Shown here in pieces: positions 1 to 12,160 of a stretch of 64,000 nucleotides of DNA. The notes under the pieces are model-generated. The model was not told where the DNA came from, searched no databases, and saw nothing but the letters and a program-made list of their open reading frames with translations. A program made the position numbers and the translations under genes. The stretch is from Cycas panzhihuaensis (lineage: Eukaryota > Plantae > Cycadophyta): contig CM041465.1 of NCBI GenBank assembly GCA_023213395.1, forward strand, positions 136,593,741-136,657,740, in the 5' to 3' direction. Numbering within the stretch: position 1 is the first letter of the stretch; each line of letters opens with the position of its first letter.

Positions 1-1300
1 AACAATGAGGTTTTTAATCGCCTTTATGTAATGAAGGGTGTAATGACTAAGTAGGGAACAAGTGAAGTCTATATTGGGTTCTACATAGAGATTAAGTTGT
101 GTGGCAATTAATATATTGATGAAGTTAAGCGACATGCCATCGTCGATTAGAATGGTAATGGGTGTTTTTTGAGATATTCCTTTAACATGGAGTGACTTGG
201 GACATGAGGTGGAGGTAATAGTAGATAAAGAAACTTCCAATTTGAGATCAGGGGGCAGTTCGTCAATAGGGTGGTCTTAGGGGTCATCGTCATGTCCGTG
301 ATCAGAAATAGGGTCATCTTCAAGAGATAAGTTAGAATCGATTATGAACACCGTCTTCTTGGCTTTGTAGTTTCTACCATAATCGAAAGTCCACTTTTAT
401 GAGCATTGTATATAGAGACCAGCTTCTTGATGGCATTTTGCCCCTCTGTTAGAGTGATATGAATGGATTTGGATGATGATTCCTCTATGCAGTGCTTAAG
501 AGATGTAGATTAAGGGTCTTCCAGTCGTGAACGCGATCGTTGCTAATCTGTTGGGTGCGATCTTTGGGACTAGGTGGTATCTCATTGATAATTAGATTTT
601 TATGATCTTTAAAACCAAGTGGAATCTCGTCTTAATGGAGGGGGCCTTTTTGAGACAAATTCTATTTCAACCACTTTGGCCATGTTGATCGCATCCTTTA
701 GAGTGTGTACGGACACAATCTTAAGGCGCATTTAGATGTGTTCTATAAGCCTAGACATATATGTATCTATCTCTATCTATTTATTAAGTTACTAATCAAC
801 CTGATTGTATAAAGATTGAAATTTGTCAGTGTATACTTCGAAGACAATACTTGTTTTAACCGAGTTAGTTGGGTGAAAAAGGATTGGTTCTAGGTATCCT
901 CATATTGCTTGAAGAATTTGGCAAAGAAGTAGTCCCAAGATTGACTAGAAGGTTATTCCCACTTCTAGCATCAAAACTAATTATTTGCCTTTCCATCTAA
1001 ATGGATAGATGCAAATGTAAGTTGATCATTGATTATCATTAGGTTAAGGGCAAAGCATGACTCTAATTTATTGATATAGATTTATGCGTTGTCCTTGTTA
1101 AGGTCATGATCAAATGTGAGGATGTTGATCTTATGGTGAAACAGTTACTACTGATGTAGAGGTGGAGTTGTCATTCGTTGTGGTGTGGGATCGATCGAAG
1201 TTAATAGGCCTAATAGATTGGTAGAGATGAGTGTTATCTGCTACAATATCTTGTTCATATCTAACCTGGATGCAAGAGTTGACATGTCTGATCTAACATC
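1..1300 (-). pseudogene. Decayed Ty3/Gypsy gag-protease remnant, truncated by the window start
   Basis: Manual minus-strand translation gives gag-like segments (SQSWDYFFAKFFKQYED; HTLKDAINMAKVVEIE) and an aspartic-protease-like motif ILIDDGMSLNFINILIATQLNL near 80-155; many stops. Confidence 0.6.
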
Positions 1301-3109
1301 CTAATATATGGTAGTTATTTCTTCTTTAACCTTCTTATACACGATGGCTAACTCTTATTTGGCTTCTTGTTGAAGGTTGGTGACCTGAGTCTTGAGTACG
1401 AAAAGTTTGTCACTTTGACTTTAGGGAGCCATGACAAATGTAGAAAGGGTTTAAAGAAAAGGGAATAAGCATAAAGAAAGAGAAATATATGAAATGGGAA
1501 AGAGCAAGAGAGAATAGGATTTACGAAGTGGAGAGATATTATAAAGAGAGATGGGAAAAAGAAGAGGAGGGGAAAGGGAAGGTATATAGGGTATTTATAA
1601 CCTGTTGACCCCAAACGTTACATAAGAACGACACCTGGTATACTTGGACGAGTGCAAAAAGCTTGTTAAAATAAGGTAGGTAAGTTTTAAGAGTAAAATT
1701 TGGGCAATGGGGCCCACTGATGACTTGGGTGTCACTAATCCAAAAACTGACCATAAAAATTAACCTAGTGCAAAATGATCAATGTGATGTGCTAATTAAA
1801 ATAAGATGTGTGAATTTTAATAGTAATTCTTTTTTACGATAAATGTAGCGATTCAAGTCATTTATGAATCTGATCAAAATTGATAAAGTTACGACCTTTA
1901 CTTTCTAAGTTTGTGCTTGCAGTAACCAGATGGTCAATAGTTGAGGTGCAGGCTCGCTATTACTCTGGAGAAGCCTAGCAGATAGTTGATAGAGGCATGT
2001 TTGATTCTATAGGTTGTGCGATAAACTTCTCTGTCAACACTATAGCTCAACCCAATATCTCAGGGCACTACTGATGGAGGAAAGGTTATCTTCATAAGGT
2101 CTATAATCGTGTAGAGGTGTTCAAGCATAGTAATAGGCATTAACTGCTAACCTGTATACCACATAGGACAAATGGTTAAAGGTTGCCTATGCTAGGACAG
2201 AGAAGAAGCCTACTAGGGTCCTCTAATATAGCCAAGGGTATGTGGAGGTGCAATTCCATAGCCAGGTTCTGTCTAAGGCTTGATTTAAGAGTGTTATCTC
2301 TAATTCTTCATGCAGATGATGGAAAATTCATGATGTACTTAACCAGAATGACAGATCCCTATGATTTTTATAAACTCTCGATATAAGGTTTTCACTAAAT
2401 TGGGTAGTTGTCAACATAGTTATTTGTCCTAGTAAAGGGAGGGAGGGAGGGGGGAGTAGATATGAACAAAAAATTTTAAAAATTGAAACTATAGAAAGTA
2501 GAGATTATTGAAAATTGAATAAATTTTTACAGGAGAGGGGTTTTGAATATCACCGAGGAGGGGGAAAATTTTTATTTTTTTCTATTCCTAAAACCTTCTA
2601 TAGGGTCGCCAAGCCAGGCTTTAATACTACTTGGGATATTTCTTCTCAAAGGCACTTCTTGAAATGGGAAAAAGCACAACAATCAGTAATCACTTTATCC
2701 AATCAGCAAGGACAAATAGATTATCAAAGGGACTCCAAAAAACATGAGAGCATCAATTGATCACCAAAAGGAGAGTACCATAGTATAATTCTTATAAGAA
2801 GAGTAATATCAAGTTAACCATCTTCTACAATATGTGACCCTTAAATTAAAAAAAGAGGGTCTTTTCTAAGTAATCTTATTGGTAGCCCAAGTGACTTTAA
2901 ATTTTATTGAACAACTTAGTAACCTTACATTTCATTGGACAACTTAGCAGTCCATGTACAAAGTTTCATAACTAATCTTATCACTTGGCCTTATGGTATC
3001 TCCCTACTTGTTAATGCTTTACGTACCTTAGTAAGATGGGTTATGTAACAAGATACCTACAGGGAACTTTGTAGTTTGGATTAGAATTCAACTAGAACCA
3101 CTATTTGAG

Positions 3110-3590
3110 TTTGTAGGTATATTTAATTTTTTATTGGGCTAGATGTACTAATAGTAGAATGTCCATTTTAGGATGTTTGTTCAATTTGGGATATGATGTA
3201 ATCATATAAAGTAATAAAAAGTAATTAAATGTTATACTTTCATCAACTAAGGCAGAATACAAATTTGCAGTCATAGCATATAAAGCCATATAATTGAGAC
3301 AAGTTCTTAGTGACTTGGGTCTTCATTATGAGGAGATAACAAAGTTGTATTGTGATAGTCATAGTGCACTGAAGATTGCCAAGGATCTCGTATTTTATAT
3401 GCCAAATGTATAGAAGTGTACCATCACTTTGTTAAGGAGCAAATTTAGAATGGAGAGATTAAACTACCATATAAGCCTATTGAAGAGTCATTAGCATATA
3501 TGTTTACCTAACTTTTATCTTGAGACAAATATGAAAATTTTAGAGGTTATTTCAGTGTAAAAGTTAATGATGTGAACATTAAGGGGGGAG
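3110..3590 (+). mobile_element. Ty1/Copia 3' end: decayed RNase H plus polypurine tract
   Basis: Translates to ...LSSTKAEY...LYCDSHSALKIAKDLVF...HFVKEQI...LAYMFT (Copia RNase H); followed by AAGGGGGGAG and then TGTT at 3591. Confidence 0.85.
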
Positions 3591-3911
3591 TGTTAAAACT
3601 AACATTTGCAGTGTTAGGATTATCATGAAATGTCGTAAGTCCTAATATGGTTTATGGTGAGTTATAAAAGTTATCACTTAATGGATTATATGTGTTAAGG
3701 GTAGTTACATATTTCTTAATGAATATGTGATGAGTGTTAGGTTAGTTAGATATTTGTTTAACCGTTACTGATCACGAACTATATTAATATTTATATCGAG
3801 GTTTGTACATATCAATAAGTATTCGAATTGATTGTAAATCATTTGAAGGTAGGTTAATTCTAGTGAGAAAAAAATGTGGAATATTTCTTAACTCATTTTA
3901 ATCACTTACTC
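3591..3911 (+). repeat. Copia 3' LTR, left part; interrupted by the Gypsy insertion and probably resuming 10639-~10663
   Basis: Starts TG directly after the PPT; candidate CA end at TTCTTTCA (10663) after the TSD. No second copy in the window to confirm the end. Confidence 0.6.
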
Positions 3912-4934
3912 TGATCCCAAAATAGAGCTTAATTGGTGAAGAAGTCAATTATCAACCTTTTCTCCTTGAGATCCTGGGAGTTAGTGTAGAAATCCCAATA
4001 ACATCAAAATAACAATGAGCCTACAAAAGAAAATTCTACACCAAATCATTTATTCTTGACATTGCTCCAAAAAGTATGAGGAGTAGTACTTTTATTAAAC
4101 TATGAAAATCTCCATTTAATGGTGGAGAAATCAACTAGCAAAAGAATGGTTAATTTACAAGGAATAAATGATACAATTATACCATAAGGGGGACTCCAAC
4201 CCTCTAAAATGCTTCTCCAAGGATGCTTCCCAAGTCCAGTGCCTTTCACCTCCAAGAACCACCTCTCCAACATGTAATAGGGCTTAATTTATAGAAAGAA
4301 ACCAAAAGTGTATGTTTAACAAGTGGCAATCATGCAAGTATAACCACTAACCACCAGAATGCATGTTGTCCAAGTGGCCTTCATGCAATTCTTAAAATTT
4401 GCAACTTGTAACTAACCTTAACGGACTCCAATTTAGCTCAAATTTGGTACAGTTATAGGAACACATGTCCCCTCCGGTTCCTCAAAATTTTAAGTAATTT
4501 GGATGTCATTTGTCTGCATTTTTATTCATTTAATGATAATATATATTTGTTATTTTTCTGCTATCCAAGTGGCCTTCATGTAATTCTTAAAAGTTATAGC
4601 TTGTAACTGACCTTAAAGGACTCTAATTCAGCTCAAATTTGGTACACATATAGGAACACATGTCTCCTCCGCTTTCTCAAAATTTTAGCTCATTTGGATG
4701 TCATTTGACCACATTTTTATTCATTTAATGATAATATGTATTTGTTATTTTTCTACTAGCTGTGGGATTAATTTTATGCAAAACAAGGCTTGAACTCTAA
4801 TCAAATGATATTTTCTGAACCCCACCTTTTGTACACATATAATTTTGATACCATTTATCCATATCTCTTTCAGTTATGCTAATGCCTAGCATTTTTTTGC
4901 ATCTTGTAAACATATGGTAGATCCTCCTAGATCA
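3912..4934 (-). repeat. 3' LTR of CRM-like element (1023 bp)
   Basis: Direct repeat of 9572-10633; adjacent to the PPT. Confidence 0.95.
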
Positions 4935-4951
4935 TGGCTCCCCTTCCTTGG
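4935..4951 (-). other. Polypurine tract
   Basis: Minus strand reads CCAAGGAAGGGGAGCCA immediately before the 3' LTR. Confidence 0.85.
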
Positions 4952-4974
4952 AAAATAGCCAACTCATGTTTGGC

Positions 4975-7900
4975 TTAGAATTGGAGATGGGGGAAGTGTT
5001 GTTCTCCTTGTTGCCTACTAAACCACTTGGCCTTATTATGCAATTGTCCTACTACTCCAATCCTGAAAGATTCATGTGTCTTATGTCTTATTTTGGTAGA
5101 TTTTCTCTCCAAGATACAATCTTCCTTAAGAGGCTCCTCACTTTCCAAATACAAGTCATCAACTGAAGGTAAAGTGAACTGGTCTTGTTCCTCATCTAGC
5201 ATGGAGGGCTCAAAGAGTTTTAAGTATTCAGCATTTACTACTGAATATATTTGCATATAAGGTGGAAGATTAAGTTAGAAAGTATTGCCACCTACTTTTC
5301 TCAAAATCTTGAATGGTCCATACCTTATAGGTTTGAGTTTTTTGCCTTCTCCTTTTAACCTCTCCTTGCTCAAGTATAACCATAATAAATCTCCTTCTTG
5401 AAAAGTACACTCTTGCCTATACTTGTCATGTCTTTCCTTGTGCTTTTGTTGAGTCCTTAGAAGTTGATCATGTACTTCTTTGTGGACTCTCTAGATCTTC
5501 TCCAAGTATCTTAAAGCCTTGTCATGCTCCTCCTTCTCTTTGACGGATCCTTCCTTAGCTTGCATGGAAAACTCTAAGCCAAATGTACTTTGAGGCAAGT
5601 ATCCCAAACAAACTTCAAAAGGTACTTTAGAGTGTGATGCATGCATTACTCTATTAAATACAAATTGTAGAAAAGCTAATGATTCATCCCAAGTCTTTGG
5701 ATGCTTGGAATTGTATCCCCTCAATAAATGTACCAAAGTTCTGTTCACTACTTCGGTTTGTCCATCTATTTGAGGATGGAAACTTATACTCCTCTTCAAT
5801 TTGGTATCCATCATCTCCCATAGTGACTTCCAAAATGATGAAAGGAATCGAGTGTCCCGATCTGAAATGATGGAAGAAGGCAAGCCAAAATTCTTCCATA
5901 CATGCTCAAAGAATAACTCAACTACTCCCATACCTGTGATTGTCTTCTTACAAGGTATTAGACATATCATTTTACTAAACCTATCTACAACAACAAAGAG
6001 ATAATCATGTCCCTTCCTAGTCATGGGAAGTCCCCCTAAGAAATCAATGGAGATACTTTCCCAAGGTCTAGTGGGAATAGGAAGTGGTGTATACAATCCT
6101 AATTTTCTAGAAGAAGGCTTAGAAGTATTACACATTACACATTCTTTTACATATTTTTTTACATCATTTTACATTTTTGGCCATACAACATATCTTTTCA
6201 AGTTTGCTAAAGTCTTCTCTATACCAAAGTGACCAGCTACTTTAGAAGTATGGGCTTCTCTAAGCCACTTGATCTTGTCTCCTTTTGATGGAACATAGAG
6301 CTGCTCCCCTTTGAAAAGTAGACCATCCTTCCAAGTAAGCTAGGAAGGTCTTCCTTTCGCTAGGTTCTCTAATTCTTCCTTCAAAGCTTCATCTTCATGG
6401 TACAAGTCTTTGTACTCTTCATGATGCATTGGCTCCACCTACAAACTCATAAGAGAACTACAAACAGAAGTAGAAGAAGAAGTGGAACAAGGTGGTCTAG
6501 ATAACATATCAGCAATTTTGTTATTAGATCCCTTTTTGTACTTAATTATAATATTGAATTGTTGTAAATAACTCATCCACTTCATGTGTCTTGCTTGTTG
6601 TAATTTATTTTGGGTTTGTAAAAATTGAAGAGGCTTATGATCGGTATGAACTACAACCTCTTTTCCAAGTAAGTAGGACCTCTAATATTTACATGCTTGA
6701 TGAAGTGCGAACATTTCTTGATCATATGTTGGGTAGTTTTTTACTTGAGGGGTGAAGACTTCCGAATGGTAAGCAATAGGCTTCCCATCTTGAATAAGGA
6801 CAGCTCCCATCGCATTTCCACTTACATCATCTTCTACTTCAAAAAGCCTTTGCAAATTTGGCATTGCTAAAACTGGTGCTTCACAAATTTTCTTCTTGAA
6901 AAGAAGAAAAACTTCTTTCTCCTTGGAACCCCAAATAAATTTTTTACTAGATTTTGTTAATCCATGTAGAGGTGCTGCAACCTGTGAGAAATGAAGAATA
7001 AACTTTCTCAAGTATTGATAAGCTCCTAAAAAACTTCTCACCTCTGTGATGTTTGTTGGCCTAGGCCATTTGAGGATGGCTTGAGTCTTGAGTGGATCGA
7101 TGCTCAACTTTCCTCCTCCAACCACAAAGCCTAAGAAGATCAAGTTCTCCTTGCCAAATTCACACTTCTTCACATTAAGTTTCAAATGATGCTTAGCCAT
7201 AGTCTTTAAAACTTTTTCTATGTGCTGCAAATATTCCTCCCATGTGTTGCCAAAAATCAAAATGTCATCAAGATAGACAACAACAAAATTATCCAAGTAA
7301 GGCCTTAACATTTTATTCATTAGCCTCATGAATGTTGCAGGAGCATTACATAATCTGAAAGGCATAACCATCCATTCAAAGAGTCATTGCTTTGTTTTGA
7401 AGGCCGTCTTCCATGTGTCCTCCTCCTTGACCCTAACTTGGTGATAACCGCTTTTCAAATCCAACTTAGTAAAATAACAAGCATGCTGAATTTGATCAAG
7501 CAAATCATCTATGCGAGGCAAAGGGTAGCAATTTTTAATTGTAATTTTATTCAAAGCATGAAAGTCTATACACATTCTCCATCCTCCATCCTTCTTAAGC
7601 ATCAAGACAATTGGTGACCCACAAGGTGAACATGAAGGTCTTATGACCCCTTGATCAAGCAACTCCTCAACTTGCCTCTTTATCTCATTATTCTCTACAA
7701 TGGAGTGCCTATACAAAGTAATATTAAGCAATGGTGCATCTCCTACAAGAGTGATTTCATACTCTATCTTTCTCTTTGGTGGTAGCCCATCAACATGTTG
7801 AAATAGAATATCATACCTTGTCTTTAACTCCTCAATTTGTCGCATTTGTTTAGGTGATATAAGAAGAGTGTGAGTAGAAGGACCACCTTCATCTCTTGGC

Positions 7901-9440
7901 TCTTCTTTTCTCCTTACCATTAAGATGATGAATTTACCACATGCATTGATCATCCTTTTTGCTTGAGTGGCTGAAATTAATGCTATTTTATCCAAGTGCT
8001 TCTTTGTGGCCTTTATGATGAAGCCCTTGTTATCCATCATCAACCGATACTTTCTCTCCCTTCGATAGAAGAGTGCATCTCGATCCCACAAGTAGGGACT
8101 CCCAAGCACAACGTGGCATACATCTAATGGCACCACATCACATATTACTTCATCAAAAAAATCATTAGTGATGGAAAATTTAAGTGTATATTGCTTTGAT
8201 ATTTGCATTTCCACATCTTTATGGATACAACTAAGAGGATATGGGTGAGGGTGAGGAGTAGTTACCAACCCAATGCTCTTTACTAAACTTTCTGAGATCA
8301 AATTCTTTTGGCTCCCCGGATTTATAATGGCACCAATAGTACTATTTCCTACTTGAAGCTTCAAGTGAAATAGTTCCTCCCTTGTAGCATCATCTCTATA
8401 ATTTGTAAATAGAGTAACCTTCTCTTCTTCTCCTTCACTTTGAATTTCCACCTCAGAAAGTAGTGCTTTCCCTTTTTCCTTCTTTCTTAATTGCATATCC
8501 TTGATATGCTTTAGCTTTAGCTCTGGATGTAACTTTCAACATTTTGCTATAATATGACCACTAATATCACAATGCTCACAATAGTTAGAACTTTTAACAA
8601 AATTAGTTCTTTTCTTCTTTCCTTCTTGCCTTTTAGATGGGTGCAATTTAGGATTCTTTTCATACTTATTAGAAGTAAAAGTAGAATCTTTAGACATAAA
8701 TGTAGATTTCTTGCTTTTACTTTCTATTTCCATAGCCATTCTACTTGCTTCTCTAATGGATTGAACCTTAAATAACCTTAGTTCCTTCTTTATGTATTCA
8801 TGTAATCCTCCAATGAATTTAATAAGAGTGATATGTTCATCCATATTAATACCAAGTAGCATGCCATGCCTAAAAAATAAAGAAGTATAGTCTTAGACAC
8901 ATACACCTCTCCCTTGGCATAAATATTGCTAAGTGACCCATTGGTCTTCCTCATGACCTATTGGGTAGAATTGCTTCTTTATTATTTTCTTAAAATCTAT
9001 CCATGAAAAAGAAGATACATCATGAGTCTTCAAATATGCATCCCACCATGTCAATATATGTTTACACAACTTGAGCCTAGCAAATGAAAGCTTTTGAGCA
9101 TTACTATAAGCATAAATTGTGAAGTAGGTTTCAAGTTGATCCAGCCAATGGTCCAACTTTTTAGCATTTACCTCTCCATCATAAGTTGGAATATCCAACT
9201 TTGCCTCCACCTTGAAGGGTTGATGAGATGAAGTACCCTTGCTTTCTTCAAATGAGTGCTTTAAGGTCTCCTCCTCTTCCTCTTGATGGTTGTGGTCATA
9301 TGTGGATCCTCATTCAACTTTCTTCTCTTTGCCTTTTCCCTTGACTAGAGGTAGAAGTTGGGTCATCATTTACATCAAGACTTCTACATTCTTCTCAAGC
9401 TTTTCAAATCTAATTTCTCCATCTTCTTTTTCAGCCATGG
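4975..9440 (-). pseudogene. gag-pol (Gag, Zn knuckle, PR, RT, RNase H, integrase, chromodomain-like tail), broken by a few stops
   Basis: ORF track: 8929-9210 and 8536-8862 Gag (CEHCDISGHIIAKC); 7384-8496 PR and RT start; 6682-7371 RT (YLDD) and RH; 5491-6135 integrase core; 4975-5256 C-terminus. Confidence 0.95.
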
Positions 9441-9554
9441 TGATTGGATTATTTCTTTATTTTCTTGGTGATTGCAACACAAGAAAAGCTTCATCTTTCT
9501 CTTTGTATCCTTTCCTTGTTTGTACTATTCAAGTCCCTACAACAAAGATCACAT

Positions 9555-9566
9555 GCTCTGATACCA
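9555..9566 (-). other. Primer-binding site, tRNA-iMet
   Basis: GCTCTGATACCA on plus = TGGTATCAGAGC on minus, 5 nt from the 5' LTR. Confidence 0.95.
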
Positions 9567-9571
9567 AAATA

Positions 9572-10633
9572 TGATCCTAAAATAGAGCTTAATTAGTGAA
9601 GAAGTCAATTATCAACCTTTTCTCCTTGAGATCCTGGGAGTTAGTGTAGAAATCCCAATAACATCAAAATAACAATGAGCCCACAAAAGGAAATTCTACA
9701 CCAAATCATTTATTCTTGACATTGATCTAAAAAGTATGAGGACTATTACTTTTATTAAACTATGAAAATCTCTATTTAATGGTGGAGAAATCAACTAGCA
9801 AAAGAATGGTTAATTTACAAGGAATAAATGATACAATTATACCATAAGGTGGACTCCAACCCTCCAAAATGCTTCTCCAAGGATGCTTCCCAAGTCCAGT
9901 GCCTTTCACCTCCAAGAACCACCTCTCCAACATGTAATAGGGCTCAATTTATAGAAATAAACCAAAATTGCATGTTTAACAAGTGGCAATCATGCAAGTA
10001 TAACCACTAACCACCAGAATGCATGTTGTCCAAGTAGCCTTCATGCAATTCTTAAAAGTTGCAGCTTGTAACTGACCTTAACGGACTCCAATTTAGCTCA
10101 AATTTGGTACACGTATAAGAACACATTTCCTCTTCACTTCCTCAAAATTTTTTCTCATTTGGATGTCATTTGACTACATTTTTATTCATTTAATGATAAT
10201 ATGTATTTGTTATTTTTCTACTATCCAAGTGGCCTTCATGCAATTCTTAAAAGTTACAGCTTGTAACTGACTTTAACGAACTCCAATTCATCTCAAATTT
10301 GGTACATGTATAGGGACACATGTCTCCTCCGCTTATTCAAAAATTTATCTCATTTGGATGTCATTTAACTACATTTTTATTCATTTAATTATAATATGTA
10401 TTTGTTATTTTTCTACTAGATGTGGGATTAATTTTATGCAAAACAAGGCTTGAACTCTAATCAAATGATATTTTCTGAACCCCACCTTTTGTACACATGT
10501 AGTGGGATGTGTCTTCTTCCTTTACATAAAATTTCATATAATTTTGATACCATTTGGCCATATCTCTTTCAGTTATGTGATTGCCTAGCATTTTTCTGCA
10601 TCCTGTAAACATACGGTAGATCCTCCTAGATCA
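9572..10633 (-). repeat. 5' LTR of CRM-like element (1062 bp)
   Basis: Direct repeat of 3912-4934 with an extra 39 bp. Confidence 0.95.
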
Positions 10634-11697
10634 TACTCCCTCCCTCCCTTGTATGTTCTTTCAATATGTACCCTTGAATGTTTTATATATGATATCCATG
10701 AAGTGTATTAAATTGTGATAGTCCCACACTAAGTACATTCCAAAGAGTGTCATTAACTAGGATGGTTCTACAAGAAGGTAGTGCTCAATTGAAAGGGGTG
10801 TTAAAGCAAGATGTTTTTTTAATGACTACATATCAAAATTTGTGAGGATTATGTAGATTGTCATAAAACATACTAGGGTGTTGACTTACTACACCCCACA
10901 TTGATCTCTTCACCTACTTTTGATTTGGTTTGCACTTGATAATCAACCTTGGATATAATAGGGTTTTCCAATCCACAATATACATTTTACAACCACTTCT
11001 TAATAGCACTAGGGTTTTGGAGTTACCTAAATCTTAAATATACCAACAAATCTTAGTTGCCATAGTCCATGTAAGGAGTCCAATTGACTATTTCCCATTC
11101 AACTACCCCTTAGTTTGATTAGATGTTCTAATATAATTGCTTAGAGTTGACTTATATAGTACATTCCCATCTAATGATGCAAGTTGGCAAGAATAATTTG
11201 GTAGGAACTTTTTTTTGCATTTAAGAAAATTACAAATTTGTTGTTGGTATGAGTAGGGAGAATCTTTCTTTAAATCACATATTTTCAAATAATTAATTCA
11301 AATATAGTAAAGACATTGCACACATAAATTCAAGAGTTTATGAAGCCAATGAACAATTTCTTTAAAGAACCTATATACCTTGCAAGTGGACAATTCCCTT
11401 TCTTGCTTCGGGTGCATCCCTTCAAGCATTCTACCTACCAATGGATGCTCAACATATATCAAGAAATTTTACTTGGCTAATCAACTTTCAAGGGGAGGGT
11501 TAAGTTTAGGCATACAATAATTTATCCAAATATTGATGAAATTTTCAAATAATATATATGTGAAAGGAAGTTACTATTATAGAAGTCAATAATCTATCAT
11601 CGAAACTCTTAACAATGGGTTCTCATGAAGATGTGACATTTTTATTGGATTTTCAATGTTATTAGAGATTTTGTTAATGCCATACTATTAGGAATTT

Positions 11698-12160
11698 TGT
11701 TGATTACATTTTTTTTTTATAATCTATACCATATATCTAAAAGGAATATTATTTCATAACATCATAAAAACCATCCATCTACATGTAATTTCCACTTGAT
11801 AGTTCCTACATAGCTTTCTAGACTCACCTTTTATATTTATAAATTAATTAAGATAGATGACTTATACTAGATAACACCTACAAAACCTTCCACACTAACA
11901 TATACTAAATAACTCCTGTATAACTTTTCATGCTAAGCTTTCTTATTTAAACCACCACATTTATAGTGTGAAATAAAATATAAAAAAGGTCAGATTTTAT
12001 TTCATGCAAATTATTAAAACCGATATAACAATAAAAACTATTTTTAAGGGAGTTTTATTATGGTAACTATTGTTAAGGGAGTTCTATTATGGTAATTATT
12101 TACCATGGATATGTACTAACCTACCATACATAATATCTATGTACTATGGAATATTCAACA
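11698..12160 (-). repeat. Candidate 3' LTR of the Tat-like element
   Basis: Inverted termini TGTTGA...TCAACA; adjacent TCCTTTTTTC would be a decayed PPT on minus. No partner LTR in the window. Confidence 0.4.

Larger units (their letters stand above)
3912..10633 (-). mobile_element. Full-length Ty3/Gypsy chromovirus, CRM-like
   Basis: Two highly similar LTRs with TGATC...GATCA termini; perfect 5-bp TSD TACTC (3907-3911 / 10634-10638); tRNA-iMet PBS; PPT; gag-PR-RT-RH-INT order. Protease signature (...TTPHPHPYPL...DEVICDVVPLDVCHVVLGSPYLWDR) resembles the CRM clade. Confidence 0.95.

Noticed and set aside
2083-3100. Possible gag and LTR fragments
   Set aside because: Only weak resemblance; no termini, PBS or TSD could be established.
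11103-11288. Possible Gypsy integrase C-terminal remnant (LPNYSCQLASLDGNVL)
   Set aside because: Too short and decayed to support without a search.
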